A stretch of 64,000 bases of DNA from Gemmatimonadota bacterium (lineage in GTDB: Bacteria; Gemmatimonadota; Gemmatimonadetes; Palauibacterales; Palauibacteraceae), in the NCBI GenBank assembly GCA_039588275.1, contig JBDHAC010000002.1, forward strand, positions 21,127-85,126. The letters are read 5' to 3'. The translations under genes were made by a program, and so were the position numbers. The notes under the pieces are model-generated. The model searched no databases, was not told the DNA's origin, and saw only the letters and a program-made list of their open reading frames with translations. This document shows, piece after piece, positions 26,519-35,753 of the stretch (positions are counted from its first letter, which is position 1; each line of letters starts with the position of its first letter).

Positions 26519-27457
26519 CTAGGCGGCAAGCAGCTGCTCGACATCGTACCGGCTCTTCCTCACTGACTCGACGTACTCTTCGTTCATCGGCCCGCGCCCC
26601 TTCCAGCGCTCGAATACCGCCGACCAGCCGATCGGCTCGTCGAACAGCCACCGCTTCGCATCCGGGTCGTACTGGCAAGGAAACTCGAAATCGAGCTCGA
26701 CTTCTTCCGTGTCCGGGTTCACGTGCGCGGGTACATCCACTCCGATCTCGTTACACAGAGGCACGACCGCCTTGAGCCAGGTCTGCCGGAGCTGGTCGTT
26801 CGTCATGCCTTTGAGCTTGAACTCCAGCTGCGCGTTGTGACGTTTCTTGTCGTCTGGCATCCCGAACCACTCGGCACCCATCGTGAACATCCAATCCACG
26901 GCACGCTGCACTAGCTCCTTGCCCTCGCCGCCGGCCTCGCACAGCCGTCGCATCCATACCTCGCCGTGCCGGAGGTGGAAGTTCTCCTCCATCCCGACCT
27001 TGACGAGCCCCCGCTTCAGCGGCCCGTAGCTCGTATTTCGGTGCACATCCCCCAGCAGCGTGATCCCGGCGCGGTCGTACAGGCCGTTGGCCGTGACGAG
27101 CTCGGCCCAGTTCTCGAGCGGCTGGTCGAACCCGTAGGGATGCTTGAACTTCTCCGGAGGTCGTTCGTAGAGGAGCCAGTGGCGGTCGATCCCCAGGTCC
27201 TCGAGGAGCCGGTACGCGATGTTGGCGTGCCCCATCTCGTCCTGAATGATCGCGGTAGCGGAGACCATCGTGTTGGTGGATGGCGCGTCCTTGGCGGCCA
27301 TGAAGTACGCCGGGGCGCTGATCAGCTCCGTATCACCCTGCACGGTCAACTGCGTGATCAGCGCTTTCTTGTAGGCCTCCGTCATGTCCTCTTCGGACTC
27401 GACGATGAACCCACCCTGGACCTTCCGTTGCAGCTCCTCGTCGGTGAATCGACCCAT
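26519..27457 (-). CDS. paaA: 1,2-phenylacetyl-CoA epoxidase catalytic subunit A-like (di-iron)
   Basis: 312 aa. LTVQGDTELISAPAYFMAAKDAPS...IIQDEMGHANIAYRLLEDLG...MEENFHLRHGEVWM carries the ExxH di-iron motifs of PaaA. AAGGAGG SD upstream. Confidence 0.85.
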   Translation of the reverse strand: MGRFTDEELQRKVQGGFIVESEEDMTEAYKKALITQLTVQGDTELISAPAYFMAAKDAPSTNTMVSATAIIQDEMGHANIAYRLLEDLGIDRHWLLYERPPEKFKHPYGFDQPLENWAELVTANGLYDRAGITLLGDVHRNTSYGPLKRGLVKVGMEENFHLRHGEVWMRRLCEAGGEGKELVQRAVDWMFTMGAEWFGMPDDKKRHNAQLEFKLKGMTNDQLRQTWLKAVVPLCNEIGVDVPAHVNPDTEEVELDFEFPCQYDPDAKRWLFDEPIGWSAVFERWKGRGPMNEEYVESVRKSRYDVEQLLAA

Positions 27458-27647
27458 CCGTGGTGGCCTCCTTGTTCTGTGCGGGACAGCAATCTAGCGG
27501 CGGGGTCAGCCGGGTGAAACCAACTGAATGCGCCTGCCGCGGCCCCGTCAGGCCGTGCCCGCGGTGGGCCGTGACCATGGTGGGCGATGCCTGGACGCAC
27601 CATTTTGCGAGCCCCGCAGCAGATCCACCCTATGGACGGAGGATTCG

Positions 27648-28442
27648 ATGTCCGATGTGACAGGCAGATTTGTTTGGTACGATCTCATGACCACCGACCC
27701 GGACGCCGCAATGGGTTTCTACCAAGGCATCACCGGCTGGGGGACGCAGGCGTGGGAGGGAGGTGAGACCCCTTATACGATGTGGACCGTCGGAGAGCGG
27801 CCCATCGGCGGTGTGATGGAGCTCCCCGCAGAGGCGAAAGCCGGCGGAGCCCCACCTCATTGGCTTCCGTACGTCGGGACACCCGACGTGGACGCCACCG
27901 TCGCTCGGGCGAGCGAGCTCGGCGGATCCGTTTACGTGCCCCCGACCGACATCCCGGACGTGGGTCGATTCGCGGTTCTGGCGGACCCGCAGGGGGCGGT
28001 CTTCGCGGTGTTCTCGCCATCCGGTGAGCACCCCGTGCCGGAGGGTCCTCCGCAGAGCGGTGAGATGTCCTGGCACGAGTTGGCCACCAGCGACTACGAA
28101 GCCGCATTCGCGTTCTATTCCGACCTGTTCGGGTGGGAGAAGTCCGACGCGATGGACATGGGGGAGGGCGCCATCTACCAGCTGTACGGGTTAGCCGGCG
28201 GACCGGAGAATCACCTCGGCGGGATGTTCAACAAGCCCCCGGAGATGCCCGGCCCTTCTGCATGGCTGTGCTACACGACGGTGGCTGACGTCACGCCCCT
28301 GTCCGAGCGGGTGAAGGAGCTCGGGGGCCAGGTCCTGCACGGTCCCATGGAGGTGCCAGGCGGGGACATGATCGTGACCTGTATGGATCCACAGGGCGCC
28401 GTGTTCGCGCTTCATTCGATGAGCGGCGGCGAGGGAGGCTGA
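27648..28442 (+). CDS. VOC (glyoxalase/bleomycin-resistance/dioxygenase) family protein, two tandem domains
   Basis: ATG at 27648 is preceded by GGAGGA. The module FVWYDLMTTDPDAAMGFYQGITGW...GGVME recurs as MSWHELATSDYEAAFAFYSDLFGW...GGMFN. Confidence 0.8.
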   Translation: MSDVTGRFVWYDLMTTDPDAAMGFYQGITGWGTQAWEGGETPYTMWTVGERPIGGVMELPAEAKAGGAPPHWLPYVGTPDVDATVARASELGGSVYVPPTDIPDVGRFAVLADPQGAVFAVFSPSGEHPVPEGPPQSGEMSWHELATSDYEAAFAFYSDLFGWEKSDAMDMGEGAIYQLYGLAGGPENHLGGMFNKPPEMPGPSAWLCYTTVADVTPLSERVKELGGQVLHGPMEVPGGDMIVTCMDPQGAVFALHSMSGGEGG

Positions 28443-28476
28443 TCCGGCCCACGAACGCCCAGGCCGCGAGACGGTC

Positions 28477-28527
28477 TCCGGACTGATGCGAGTAAGGGGC
28501 GCCCACGGCGCCCCTTACTCGCTCCGG
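28477..28527. terminator. long perfect hairpin between convergent genes (bidirectional terminator candidate)
   Basis: GCGAGTAAGGGGCGCC (28488-28503), loop CAC, GGCGCCCCTTACTCGC (28507-28522), extended by CCGGA/TCCGG. The right arm contains the stop codon of the META-domain gene. There is no clear U tract. Confidence 0.55.
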
Positions 28528-29543
28528 GTCGAATCCGGGCCGCTGCGGCTAGCCGGGGCGCCGGCCTCCGTATCGGGGGCGGACCTCGGAGCGCGGCTCA
28601 ACGTGATCACGCCACGCGCGAAGCGTATCTGCAGCTCGTCATCCCGTACCTCGAACCCGATCGCCGAGCCGAGGCTCAGGGTGAGAAGCTGTTCGAACTC
28701 CATGCGAGCCGTCCCGCACATCCTACGCGTCGTCGCGATGCCCGAGATCCTGAGACCCCCGGCATCGCTCAACTGGTAGCTACCCAGCACGCGGTTGCAG
28801 CCGGTGGAGCCGAACAGTCGTCCGGAAGACCCATCCACGTCCCTCAGCTCCTCGGCGAACGAGAGTTCAGGAGTCTGTTCGCTCGAGTCGGCCATGAATG
28901 CGGGATCCTCTCCGGTGCGGATCGAGACGATCCTCCAGGTCTCGCCGGCAAGCGCTCGTGTGGGGCCCCCGGGTGACGCGGGTGGGGGTGTTGCCCCGAG
29001 AGGTGAGGAGAACGGCATCAAACCGCGGTCGGTGAACACGAAGTCCGTGGTGATCGGGACCGTGGGTTGGATGGTCCCCGGCTCACCGGGTTGGCGCACG
29101 AGGAGATCCGTTATGATGACCCCGTCCTCGATGCGCACCGCCTCGAGGCCGATCCGATCACCGATCAAGCGGCTCGAGGCATCGTGCATCTGACGGCCAT
29201 CCCTCAACAGCGCGTGCAGCCGGTAGAAGTGCTCGGTGAGTCCCGAGCGCTCGACCAGCACTGCCGCCGCGTCCTCCTCGCCGTCACCATCCAGATCGCC
29301 CGTCGCGAAATCCACGAGCGTGATCACCACCTCCGGGTCCGTGCCCGGTGCCGACGGAGCCTGGTACTCGCCGTCCGTAAGCGTGACGACGCCCGCCTCC
29401 GACCACTCCGAAAGGTAGGTCGCGTTCCGGAGGATCTCCTCGCTCGTCGGAGGCGGTGATCGATCGCACGCGGTCCCGATGCTTACAGCGGCGGCCGCCA
29501 GCAGCCAGCGTCGGTAGCCCCCGCGTTCTCCGGTTGGACTCAT
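28515..29543 (-). CDS. META-domain (HslJ-like) lipoprotein
   Basis: N-terminal LLAAAAVSIGTACD lipobox. The C-terminal ETWRIVSI...LFGSTGCNRVLGSYQLSDAGGLRISGIATTRRMC...MEFEQLL is the META domain pattern. Confidence 0.7.
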   Translation of the reverse strand: MSPTGERGGYRRWLLAAAAVSIGTACDRSPPPTSEEILRNATYLSEWSEAGVVTLTDGEYQAPSAPGTDPEVVITLVDFATGDLDGDGEEDAAAVLVERSGLTEHFYRLHALLRDGRQMHDASSRLIGDRIGLEAVRIEDGVIITDLLVRQPGEPGTIQPTVPITTDFVFTDRGLMPFSSPLGATPPPASPGGPTRALAGETWRIVSIRTGEDPAFMADSSEQTPELSFAEELRDVDGSSGRLFGSTGCNRVLGSYQLSDAGGLRISGIATTRRMCGTARMEFEQLLTLSLGSAIGFEVRDDELQIRFARGVITLSRAPRSAPDTEAGAPASRSGPDSTRSE

Positions 29544-29549
29544 CAGCCT

Positions 29550-31268
29550 CTACTCCGCTGCCATAAAGGGATATCGGTAATCGTGCGGGGGCACGAACGT
29601 CTCCTTGATCGAGCGTGGAGAGACCCAGCGAAGCAGGTTGAGGATCGATCCCGCCTTGTCATTGGTTCCGCTCGCTCGCCCGCCGCCGAACGGCTGTTGG
29701 CCGACGACCGCCCCCGTGGGCTTGTCGTTGACGTAGAAGTTGCCCGCGGTATGACGCAGGGCTGCCGTGGCCTCGCGGATCACCTCGCGATCGTTCGCGA
29801 ATACCGCCCCCGTGAGCGCGTAGGGCGAAGTTTCGTCCACGAGCTTGAGGGTCTCTTTCCACGCCTCGGGGCGATACACGTGGACGGTCATGACCGGCCC
29901 GAAGATCTCGTCGCACATGAGCTTGTGCTTCGGGTTCTCGGCCAGCACGAGAGTGGGCTCGATGAAGAATCCGACCGAGTCATCGCACCCGCCGCCGGCG
30001 AGGATCTCGCTATCCTCGGAGGCACGGGCGTACTCGATGTACTCCTTGATCGACTCGAACGCCGGCCGATCGATGATCGCGGCGACGAAGTTCCGGAAAT
30101 CCGCGGGATCACCCATCCGGATCTCCTCGAGCATCGCGAGCACGCGGTCACGCACGTCTTCCCACATCGTGGAGGGTACGTAGGTCCGCGAGGCCGCGCT
30201 GCACTTCTGCCCCTGGTACTCGAAGGCGCCCCGCACGATGGCCACGGCGAGCGCCTGCGGATCGGCGGTCTCGTGCGCGAGGATGAAGTCCTTGCCGCCC
30301 GTTTCGCCCACCAGACGCGGGTACGAGCGATAGCTCTCCAGCCTCTCCGCGACCTCCCGCCACAGCGCCTGGAACGTCCATGTGGACCCGGTGAAGTGGA
30401 TCCCGGCCAGCTCCGGACTCGACACCAACGGCTCGCTGATCTTCCCCGAGGACCCGGGCATGTAGTTGATCACGCCGGGAGGAAGCCCCGCCTCTTCCAG
30501 GACCCGCATCGTGTAGTAGCCGGACAGAATGGCGGTGGTCGCCGGCTTCCAGATCACGGCGTTCCCCATGATCGCGGGGGCCGTGGTGAGGTTTCCGCCG
30601 ATCGCCGTGAAGTTGAACGGGCTGATCGCCCACACGTAGCCCTCGAGCGGACGGTGATCCATCCGGTTCCACACTCCGGGCGAGGAGGCCGGCTGCTGCT
30701 CGTAGACTCGGGTGGCGAAGAAGCTGTTGAAGCGCCAGAAGTCGATCATCTCGCAGGCCGAGTCGATCTCGGCCTGGAAGACGGTCTTGCTCTGCCCGAG
30801 CATGGTCGAGGCGTTGAGGCGCGCGCGCCAGGGCCCGGAAAGCAGATCCGCCGCCCGTAACAGGACGGCGACTCGGTCCTCCAGCGACCAGCTGGACCAC
30901 TCCAGCCACCCCTCGCGCGCCGCATCGATCGCCCGCGCGCACTCCGCCGCTCCCGCCATGTGCGATCGGGCCAGCACATGTCCGTGGTCGTGAGGCATCA
31001 CCACATCGTGGAGGTCACCGGAGTGGACGTCCTCCCCGCCGATGATCAGGGGGATCTCGATGACGTCTCCGCTTTGGCGCTCGAGCTCGGCTTTAAGCTC
31101 GTCGCGCTCCGGGCTCCCCGGTGCATAATCGAGTACGGGCTCGTTCACGGGTGCAGGGGCCTCGAAACGCCCCTGGGGATGGGCAAGACGCGCAGGCTCC
31201 TCCGCACCGGGACGCTGCTCGTCGGCCGTCGGCCCGCTGGCCCGTCGGCTGGCGGTCACCGTCTCCAT
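29550..31268 (-). CDS. pruA: L-glutamate gamma-semialdehyde (1-pyrroline-5-carboxylate) dehydrogenase
   Basis: 572 aa. NEPVLDYAPGSPERDELKAEL, FNFTAIGGNL, and the aldehyde dehydrogenase motifs GETGGKDF and EYQGQKCSAASR (catalytic Cys) are all present. Confidence 0.85.
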   Translation of the reverse strand: METVTASRRASGPTADEQRPGAEEPARLAHPQGRFEAPAPVNEPVLDYAPGSPERDELKAELERQSGDVIEIPLIIGGEDVHSGDLHDVVMPHDHGHVLARSHMAGAAECARAIDAAREGWLEWSSWSLEDRVAVLLRAADLLSGPWRARLNASTMLGQSKTVFQAEIDSACEMIDFWRFNSFFATRVYEQQPASSPGVWNRMDHRPLEGYVWAISPFNFTAIGGNLTTAPAIMGNAVIWKPATTAILSGYYTMRVLEEAGLPPGVINYMPGSSGKISEPLVSSPELAGIHFTGSTWTFQALWREVAERLESYRSYPRLVGETGGKDFILAHETADPQALAVAIVRGAFEYQGQKCSAASRTYVPSTMWEDVRDRVLAMLEEIRMGDPADFRNFVAAIIDRPAFESIKEYIEYARASEDSEILAGGGCDDSVGFFIEPTLVLAENPKHKLMCDEIFGPVMTVHVYRPEAWKETLKLVDETSPYALTGAVFANDREVIREATAALRHTAGNFYVNDKPTGAVVGQQPFGGGRASGTNDKAGSILNLLRWVSPRSIKETFVPPHDYRYPFMAAE

Positions 31269-31468
31269 GTGAGCTTCCTCCTGAGTCGCATGATCGGCTT
31301 AAGCGCCTGTGGTAATGTCGGTTAGTTGGCCTGGACGCATCCGCCGACCGTCGCGCATCCCCGCGTCGGTCGGCCCGCCGCGGCGGCGGGAACCTCCAGA
31401 CCGTCTCATCGTGTTCCGTCGTGCGCGCGCCGCACACTCGAGACCGGCGCGAGGTCGTGTTCGCGGTG

Positions 31469-31474
31469 TATAAT
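31469..31474 (+). promoter_or_regulatory. candidate -10 box (TGTATAAT) for the thioredoxin-like gene
   Basis: A perfect TATAAT preceded by TG lies 24 nt upstream of the ATG at 31498, with GGGAG as SD between them. I do not see a convincing -35. Confidence 0.3.
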
Positions 31475-31497
31475 GAATGCTACGGGAGTCCTCCGCC

Positions 31498-32076
31498 ATG
31501 ACTGAAACGCACGGCTCGACATACAGAGGTTACTGGGAGCGGGCGCACGAGTTTCCGGTCTATCTGGGCCGGGAAGTACACGAGCGCGCCGCGCTATGGG
31601 ACGGGGTGTACCGCAAGGCGGCGTCCCCCGAGTGGGCCGTGGAGCGCGCGCTGGAGCTGGGCGGTAGCTGGAACCTCCTCGTGCTGTCGGAGGACTGGTG
31701 CGGCGATGCGTCCAACACGGTGCCGATCCTGGCCCGGTTCGCTGAGGCGGTGCCTGGCATCGAGCTTCGCGTGTTGAGGCGAAATGAGAACCCCGAGCTG
31801 ATGGACCGTTATCTGACGAACGGGTCGCGCTCGATACCGCTCGCCATCGTGCTCGATGAGGCGTACGAGCCCGTGGGTCGATGGGGACCACGACCCGCCG
31901 AGCTCCAGGAGTTCGTGTTGAGTGAAAAGCGAGCGGGTGTGAGGGACAAGGCCGAGATCTACAAGGACGCTCGCCGCTGGTATGCCCGCGACCGGGGCGA
32001 CACGACTCTGCGCGAGTTGCTGGAGGTCCTCGAGAGCACCATCTCCCCGAAGCCCGAGGTCGCCGCTCCGTGGTGA
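31498..32076 (+). CDS. thioredoxin-fold protein (thioredoxin family, single Cys in WCGD)
   Basis: LLVLSEDWCGDASNTVPILARFAE...LRRNENPELMDRYLTNGSRSIPLAIVLD resembles the DUF953/thioredoxin-like layout. ATG at 31498. Confidence 0.65.
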   Translation: MTETHGSTYRGYWERAHEFPVYLGREVHERAALWDGVYRKAASPEWAVERALELGGSWNLLVLSEDWCGDASNTVPILARFAEAVPGIELRVLRRNENPELMDRYLTNGSRSIPLAIVLDEAYEPVGRWGPRPAELQEFVLSEKRAGVRDKAEIYKDARRWYARDRGDTTLRELLEVLESTISPKPEVAAPW

Positions 32077-33545
32077 CGCGCCTGCCCTCTCTCGCCGCCG
32101 CGATCGTCGTCGCGAATGTCGCCGCGATCGCGGGCATGCTCCCGGTTGCGACGCCCGCCGCGGCGCAGGAAGTGGATCCCACGATCGAGTCGGTGGGCTC
32201 GCTGCTCGAGGGGCTCCGCCACGAGGGGTACCACCTGGTCGCACCGCGCCGCTTCGATCGAGCCGAAGCACGGCTCGAGGAGGCGCGCCGTCGTCGCGAC
32301 CGCGGTGACTCCCCCGACGCCGTGCGACAGCGGGTCATCGAGGCGAGCGTCGACCTACGGGAAGTGCAGCGCGTGGCGGTCGCGGGAGAAGCCTGGTTCG
32401 GCCCGGTCCTCGCGATCCGGGCGCGGGCGATGGCTGCCGGGGCTCCGGAGCGCGCGGGTGCCAGGTGGACTGCCGCCGAAGAAACGCTTCGCGAGGCGGG
32501 CCTGCGCTTCGAGCGCGACGAGCGCGAGGACGCCATCCCTCGGATCGAGCGGGCCGAAGCCTTGTACGGTGAAGCGGCGTTCCAGGCGTTGCGGACGGAT
32601 CAGCTGGAGCACGCGCTGACGGCCCGAACCGCTGCCCTCGCGGCGAGCGCGCGCGAACTGGCACCCGAAACGTTCGCCGAAGCGGAGGCACTCCTCGCCG
32701 CGGCGGACTCGATCCTGGTGCGCGGCCCCGCTGAGCGCGACGCCGCAGCGCGCCTGGGCGCCGAGGCGGCGGCCGCGTACCGCCGCGCGACCCGCATGGC
32801 GGACGTCACGGACGGCGTCGCGCGACGGGAGGTGGCCGTCGAGCGGCTGCTCCGCGCGCACCAGGACGACCTGGTCGAGCTCGCGACGCTCCTCGGTCTC
32901 GATGCGAGCATCGCGGAGGGCACGTCGGGCGTTGCCGAGGCGATCGCGGGCGAAATCCGACGCCTGCTCGACGAACGGGCCAGGTTGGAGAGAGCGGGGG
33001 CAAGCGCCCGATCCGAAGGTGACGAGCTCCGTCGGCAGGTGGAGGCGCTCGAGCGCGATCTGGCCGCTGCAGAGCGCCGCGAAGCGGAAGCCCTGGCCGA
33101 GCTCGGAGAGCGCGAGGACTACGAGCGCCGGCTGCGAGAGGTGCAGGCGCTGTTCACGCCCCGGGAAGGCGAGGTCTTCGTGCGTGGCGACGAGCTGACA
33201 TTGAGACTTTTCCAGCTCACGTTCGAATCCGGGTCGGACGAGATCCTCCCCGAGCACCAACCGATCCTGGCCAAGGTGCAGCGCGTGCTGGTCCAGTTCT
33301 CCGGCGCTCCCGCACGGATCGAGGGGCACACCGATTCGCGCGGGAACGCGGACGCCAACCGCGCGCTCAGCCAGCGGCGGGCGGTGGCAATCCGGGAATA
33401 CCTTCTCGAGAGTCTGCCGATCAGCGCGGACCGGCTGGAGGCCACCGGCTACGGCGAGGACCGCCCGATCGCGAGCAACGAGACCGAGGAGGGTCGCACG
33501 CAAAACCGTCGCATCGAGATCGTGCTCGCGCTCGGCGTTCGCTGA
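32070..33545 (+). CDS. OmpA-family (OmpA_C-like) peptidoglycan-binding protein with a long coiled-coil region
   Basis: Signal peptide ending PAAAQE, then about 330 aa rich in A/E/R heptad-like sequence. The C-terminal domain is FESGSDEILPEHQPILAKV...IEGHTDSRGNADANRALSQRRAVAIREYL...ATGYGEDRPIASNETEEGRTQNRRIEIVL. Confidence 0.8.
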   Translation: MVTRLPSLAAAIVVANVAAIAGMLPVATPAAAQEVDPTIESVGSLLEGLRHEGYHLVAPRRFDRAEARLEEARRRRDRGDSPDAVRQRVIEASVDLREVQRVAVAGEAWFGPVLAIRARAMAAGAPERAGARWTAAEETLREAGLRFERDEREDAIPRIERAEALYGEAAFQALRTDQLEHALTARTAALAASARELAPETFAEAEALLAAADSILVRGPAERDAAARLGAEAAAAYRRATRMADVTDGVARREVAVERLLRAHQDDLVELATLLGLDASIAEGTSGVAEAIAGEIRRLLDERARLERAGASARSEGDELRRQVEALERDLAAAERREAEALAELGEREDYERRLREVQALFTPREGEVFVRGDELTLRLFQLTFESGSDEILPEHQPILAKVQRVLVQFSGAPARIEGHTDSRGNADANRALSQRRAVAIREYLLESLPISADRLEATGYGEDRPIASNETEEGRTQNRRIEIVLALGVR

Positions 33546-33557
33546 TCCAACAGCCCG

Positions 33558-34439
33558 CTAACCCTCAATGCGCCGGCTGCCCGTTCGCCTGGCGTCGGGC
33601 GTCGCGCGCGTGACAGCCCCGTAACGCTCCGGCTGCCGATCCTCGATGAGGTCGAGCTCCCACTCGCCCGGGCGCACGACTTCCCGCGTGGCATCCGCCA
33701 GCGACAGATCGAGCTCGAGATGGTGTCGCCCGGGCTCGGCCTCCGCCTCGAGAAGCAGGCGCCCGTCCGGATCCGCCGCCAGGCTTCCGCCCTCGAAGCG
33801 GACCCCGCGCTCGCTCCCCACCCGATTCACCGCGAAGTAGAACGCGTGGTTCTCGTAGGCCCGCACCTGCACCATCTCTCGCCTCATCCTGAGACGTGGC
33901 CAGTTCGTCGGGAGGAGTAGCAGCTGTGCGCCCTCGAGTCTCAGCGCACGGGCGCTCTCGGGGAAGCTGCCGTCATAGCAGATGTGCATCCCGATCCGAC
34001 CGAACGGAAGCTCGTGCGCGCGAAACCCCTCCGCCCCGGGCCGCGTGAAGCGGTCGACCCCGAGGCACAGCGTGTGGACCTTCCGATATCGCCCGATGAG
34101 TCCCTCCGGGCCTACGAGCAGGGCCGCATTGAAGAGGGCATTTCCGTCGCGCTCGATCGCGCCGCACACGACCCACGCACCGGAGTCCGCCGCGGCGCCG
34201 GCGATGGCACGAACCTCGGGCCCCTCGGTGGTTACGGCGGCGCTGAGCCCCTCGTCGAGACTCTCGAACACGTAACCGGTCAACGCCGCCTCGGGGAATA
34301 CGACGAGCTCCGCCCCTTCGGCGGCGGCCGCGGTGACCTCGCGCACGATACGCTCGGTGTTGCGGGAGGGAGAGCCGAACTCGGGGGCGAACTGGACGCC
34401 GCACACCCGTGCGAGGCGCGGCTCACCGGACGAAGGCAT
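33558..34439 (-). CDS. carbon-nitrogen hydrolase (nitrilase superfamily)
   Basis: The Glu-Lys-Cys triad contexts are VVFPEAALTGY, RYRKVHTL and IGMHICYDGSFPE. Confidence 0.85.
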   Translation of the reverse strand: MPSSGEPRLARVCGVQFAPEFGSPSRNTERIVREVTAAAAEGAELVVFPEAALTGYVFESLDEGLSAAVTTEGPEVRAIAGAAADSGAWVVCGAIERDGNALFNAALLVGPEGLIGRYRKVHTLCLGVDRFTRPGAEGFRAHELPFGRIGMHICYDGSFPESARALRLEGAQLLLLPTNWPRLRMRREMVQVRAYENHAFYFAVNRVGSERGVRFEGGSLAADPDGRLLLEAEAEPGRHHLELDLSLADATREVVRPGEWELDLIEDRQPERYGAVTRATPDARRTGSRRIEG

Positions 34440-34477
34440 GGGCGTGCTCTACCGCCGGCAGGTCGTCGGGGAGCTCT

Positions 34478-34705
34478 TCAGCGATCCGCCCAGGGCCGCT
34501 CTGTCCGGAGGGCGGCGGCGATACCGGCGACCACGGTCCCGACCGCGAGACCGACGCCGATCCAGCGGCCGACTTCCGCCGCTGGCCCTTTCGTGCCCTC
34601 GCGCCACGGACGGATCAGCTCGCGCTGCCATTGGCGAATCTCCTGCTCCGCCCGCACGCCGGCGACATGGAGGAGCGCTCCGCCTGCTCGACGAATGGCG
34701 CTCAT
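34478..34705 (-). CDS. small hypothetical membrane protein (75 aa)
   Basis: It fills the gap between the SDR and nitrilase genes on the same strand. GGGAG sits about 10 nt upstream of the ATG at 34705. The C-terminal hydrophobic segment is WIGVGLAVGTVVAGIAAAL. Confidence 0.35.
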   Translation of the reverse strand: MSAIRRAGGALLHVAGVRAEQEIRQWQRELIRPWREGTKGPAAEVGRWIGVGLAVGTVVAGIAAALRTERPWADR

Positions 34706-34709
34706 CCCG

Positions 34710-35510
34710 TCAGCTCCCGGAAGGGTTGGAGCCTACGAAGTCTTCGCCTCCGTCGACCCGGATGGTGTTGCCGGTCATCCAGGCTGTCTCGGGAGCCGCC
34801 AGCGCTACCATGCAGCTCGCGACATCTTGGGGCGTGGTGAGCCGGCCGTGCGGGTTCTGGCTTGCCGCCTCCTCGATCATCTGCTCGGCCCCGGGGATCT
34901 TCCGCAACGCAGGCGTATCCGTCACACCGGCCCTGATCGCGTTGACCGTGATGCCGCGTGGGGCGAGCTCGAGCGCGAGCTGGCGGCAATGCGATTCCAG
35001 GGACGCCTTCGCGGCCGAGACCGCACCGTACGTGGGGATCACGCGATCTCCGCCCGACGAGGTCATGGCGTAGATCCGACCCCCCTCACCCATGAGACCG
35101 CGGTCGACGAGACCCTGGGTCCAATAGACCAGCGTATGCGCCATGACATCGAGGGTCATGTTCATCTGGTCGGGCGTGATCGAGCTGTTCTCGCCCAGGA
35201 ACGGCCGCAACGTCCCGAACGCGAGCGAGTGGATCAGCACGCGGACGGAGCCGGGTGACGCGTTGGCGGCGACGTCCTCCAATACTGCATCGCGTTTCTC
35301 CGGGGCCGCCGCGTTCACGTTGTAGAAGATCGCCCGACTGCCGGCCTCCTCGAGCGCCACCTTGATCTGCTCGACGCGCTCGAGACCCGCGCGGCGGTCC
35401 AGGTGGACTCCGTAGATGTCGTATCCCGCCTGGGCAAACGCGCGCGCCGCGGCCTCACCGAAGCCGCTCGAGGCCCCCAGAATGAGGGCGGCGTGGCTGT
35501 TCTCGCTCAC
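34710..35510 (-). CDS. short-chain dehydrogenase/reductase (SDR; enoyl-ACP-reductase-like)
   Basis: Cofactor motif LILGASSGFGEAAARAF and active-site region MTSSGGDRVIPTYGAVSAAKASL (YxxxK). I prefer the GTG at 35510, which gives 266 aa with AAGG upstream. The ATG at 35597 and the track start at 35753 look like over-extensions. Confidence 0.8.
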   Translation of the reverse strand: MSENSHAALILGASSGFGEAAARAFAQAGYDIYGVHLDRRAGLERVEQIKVALEEAGSRAIFYNVNAAAPEKRDAVLEDVAANASPGSVRVLIHSLAFGTLRPFLGENSSITPDQMNMTLDVMAHTLVYWTQGLVDRGLMGEGGRIYAMTSSGGDRVIPTYGAVSAAKASLESHCRQLALELAPRGITVNAIRAGVTDTPALRKIPGAEQMIEEAASQNPHGRLTTPQDVASCMVALAAPETAWMTGNTIRVDGGEDFVGSNPSGS

Positions 35511-35753
35511 CAATTCGAGCCTTGCGTTTGGGTGTTCGAGCTCCTCGCCGCACCGTGTAGGCGCCGTGAGGGGCTTCGTGGTGTACGCCGCGATCATGGG
35601 GGGGGCGCACGTCTGGCGCCAGCCCTCCCGGAAGACCAACGGACTCAGGGGAGCCAGACCCGCGGACTCCGGCCAGCGGGGGCGTGAGATTTGCTCCACT
35701 GACAACCAGTTCGGGCTGCGAGGCCCGCGGTCGGTGGAGGTGGAGAAAGGCAC

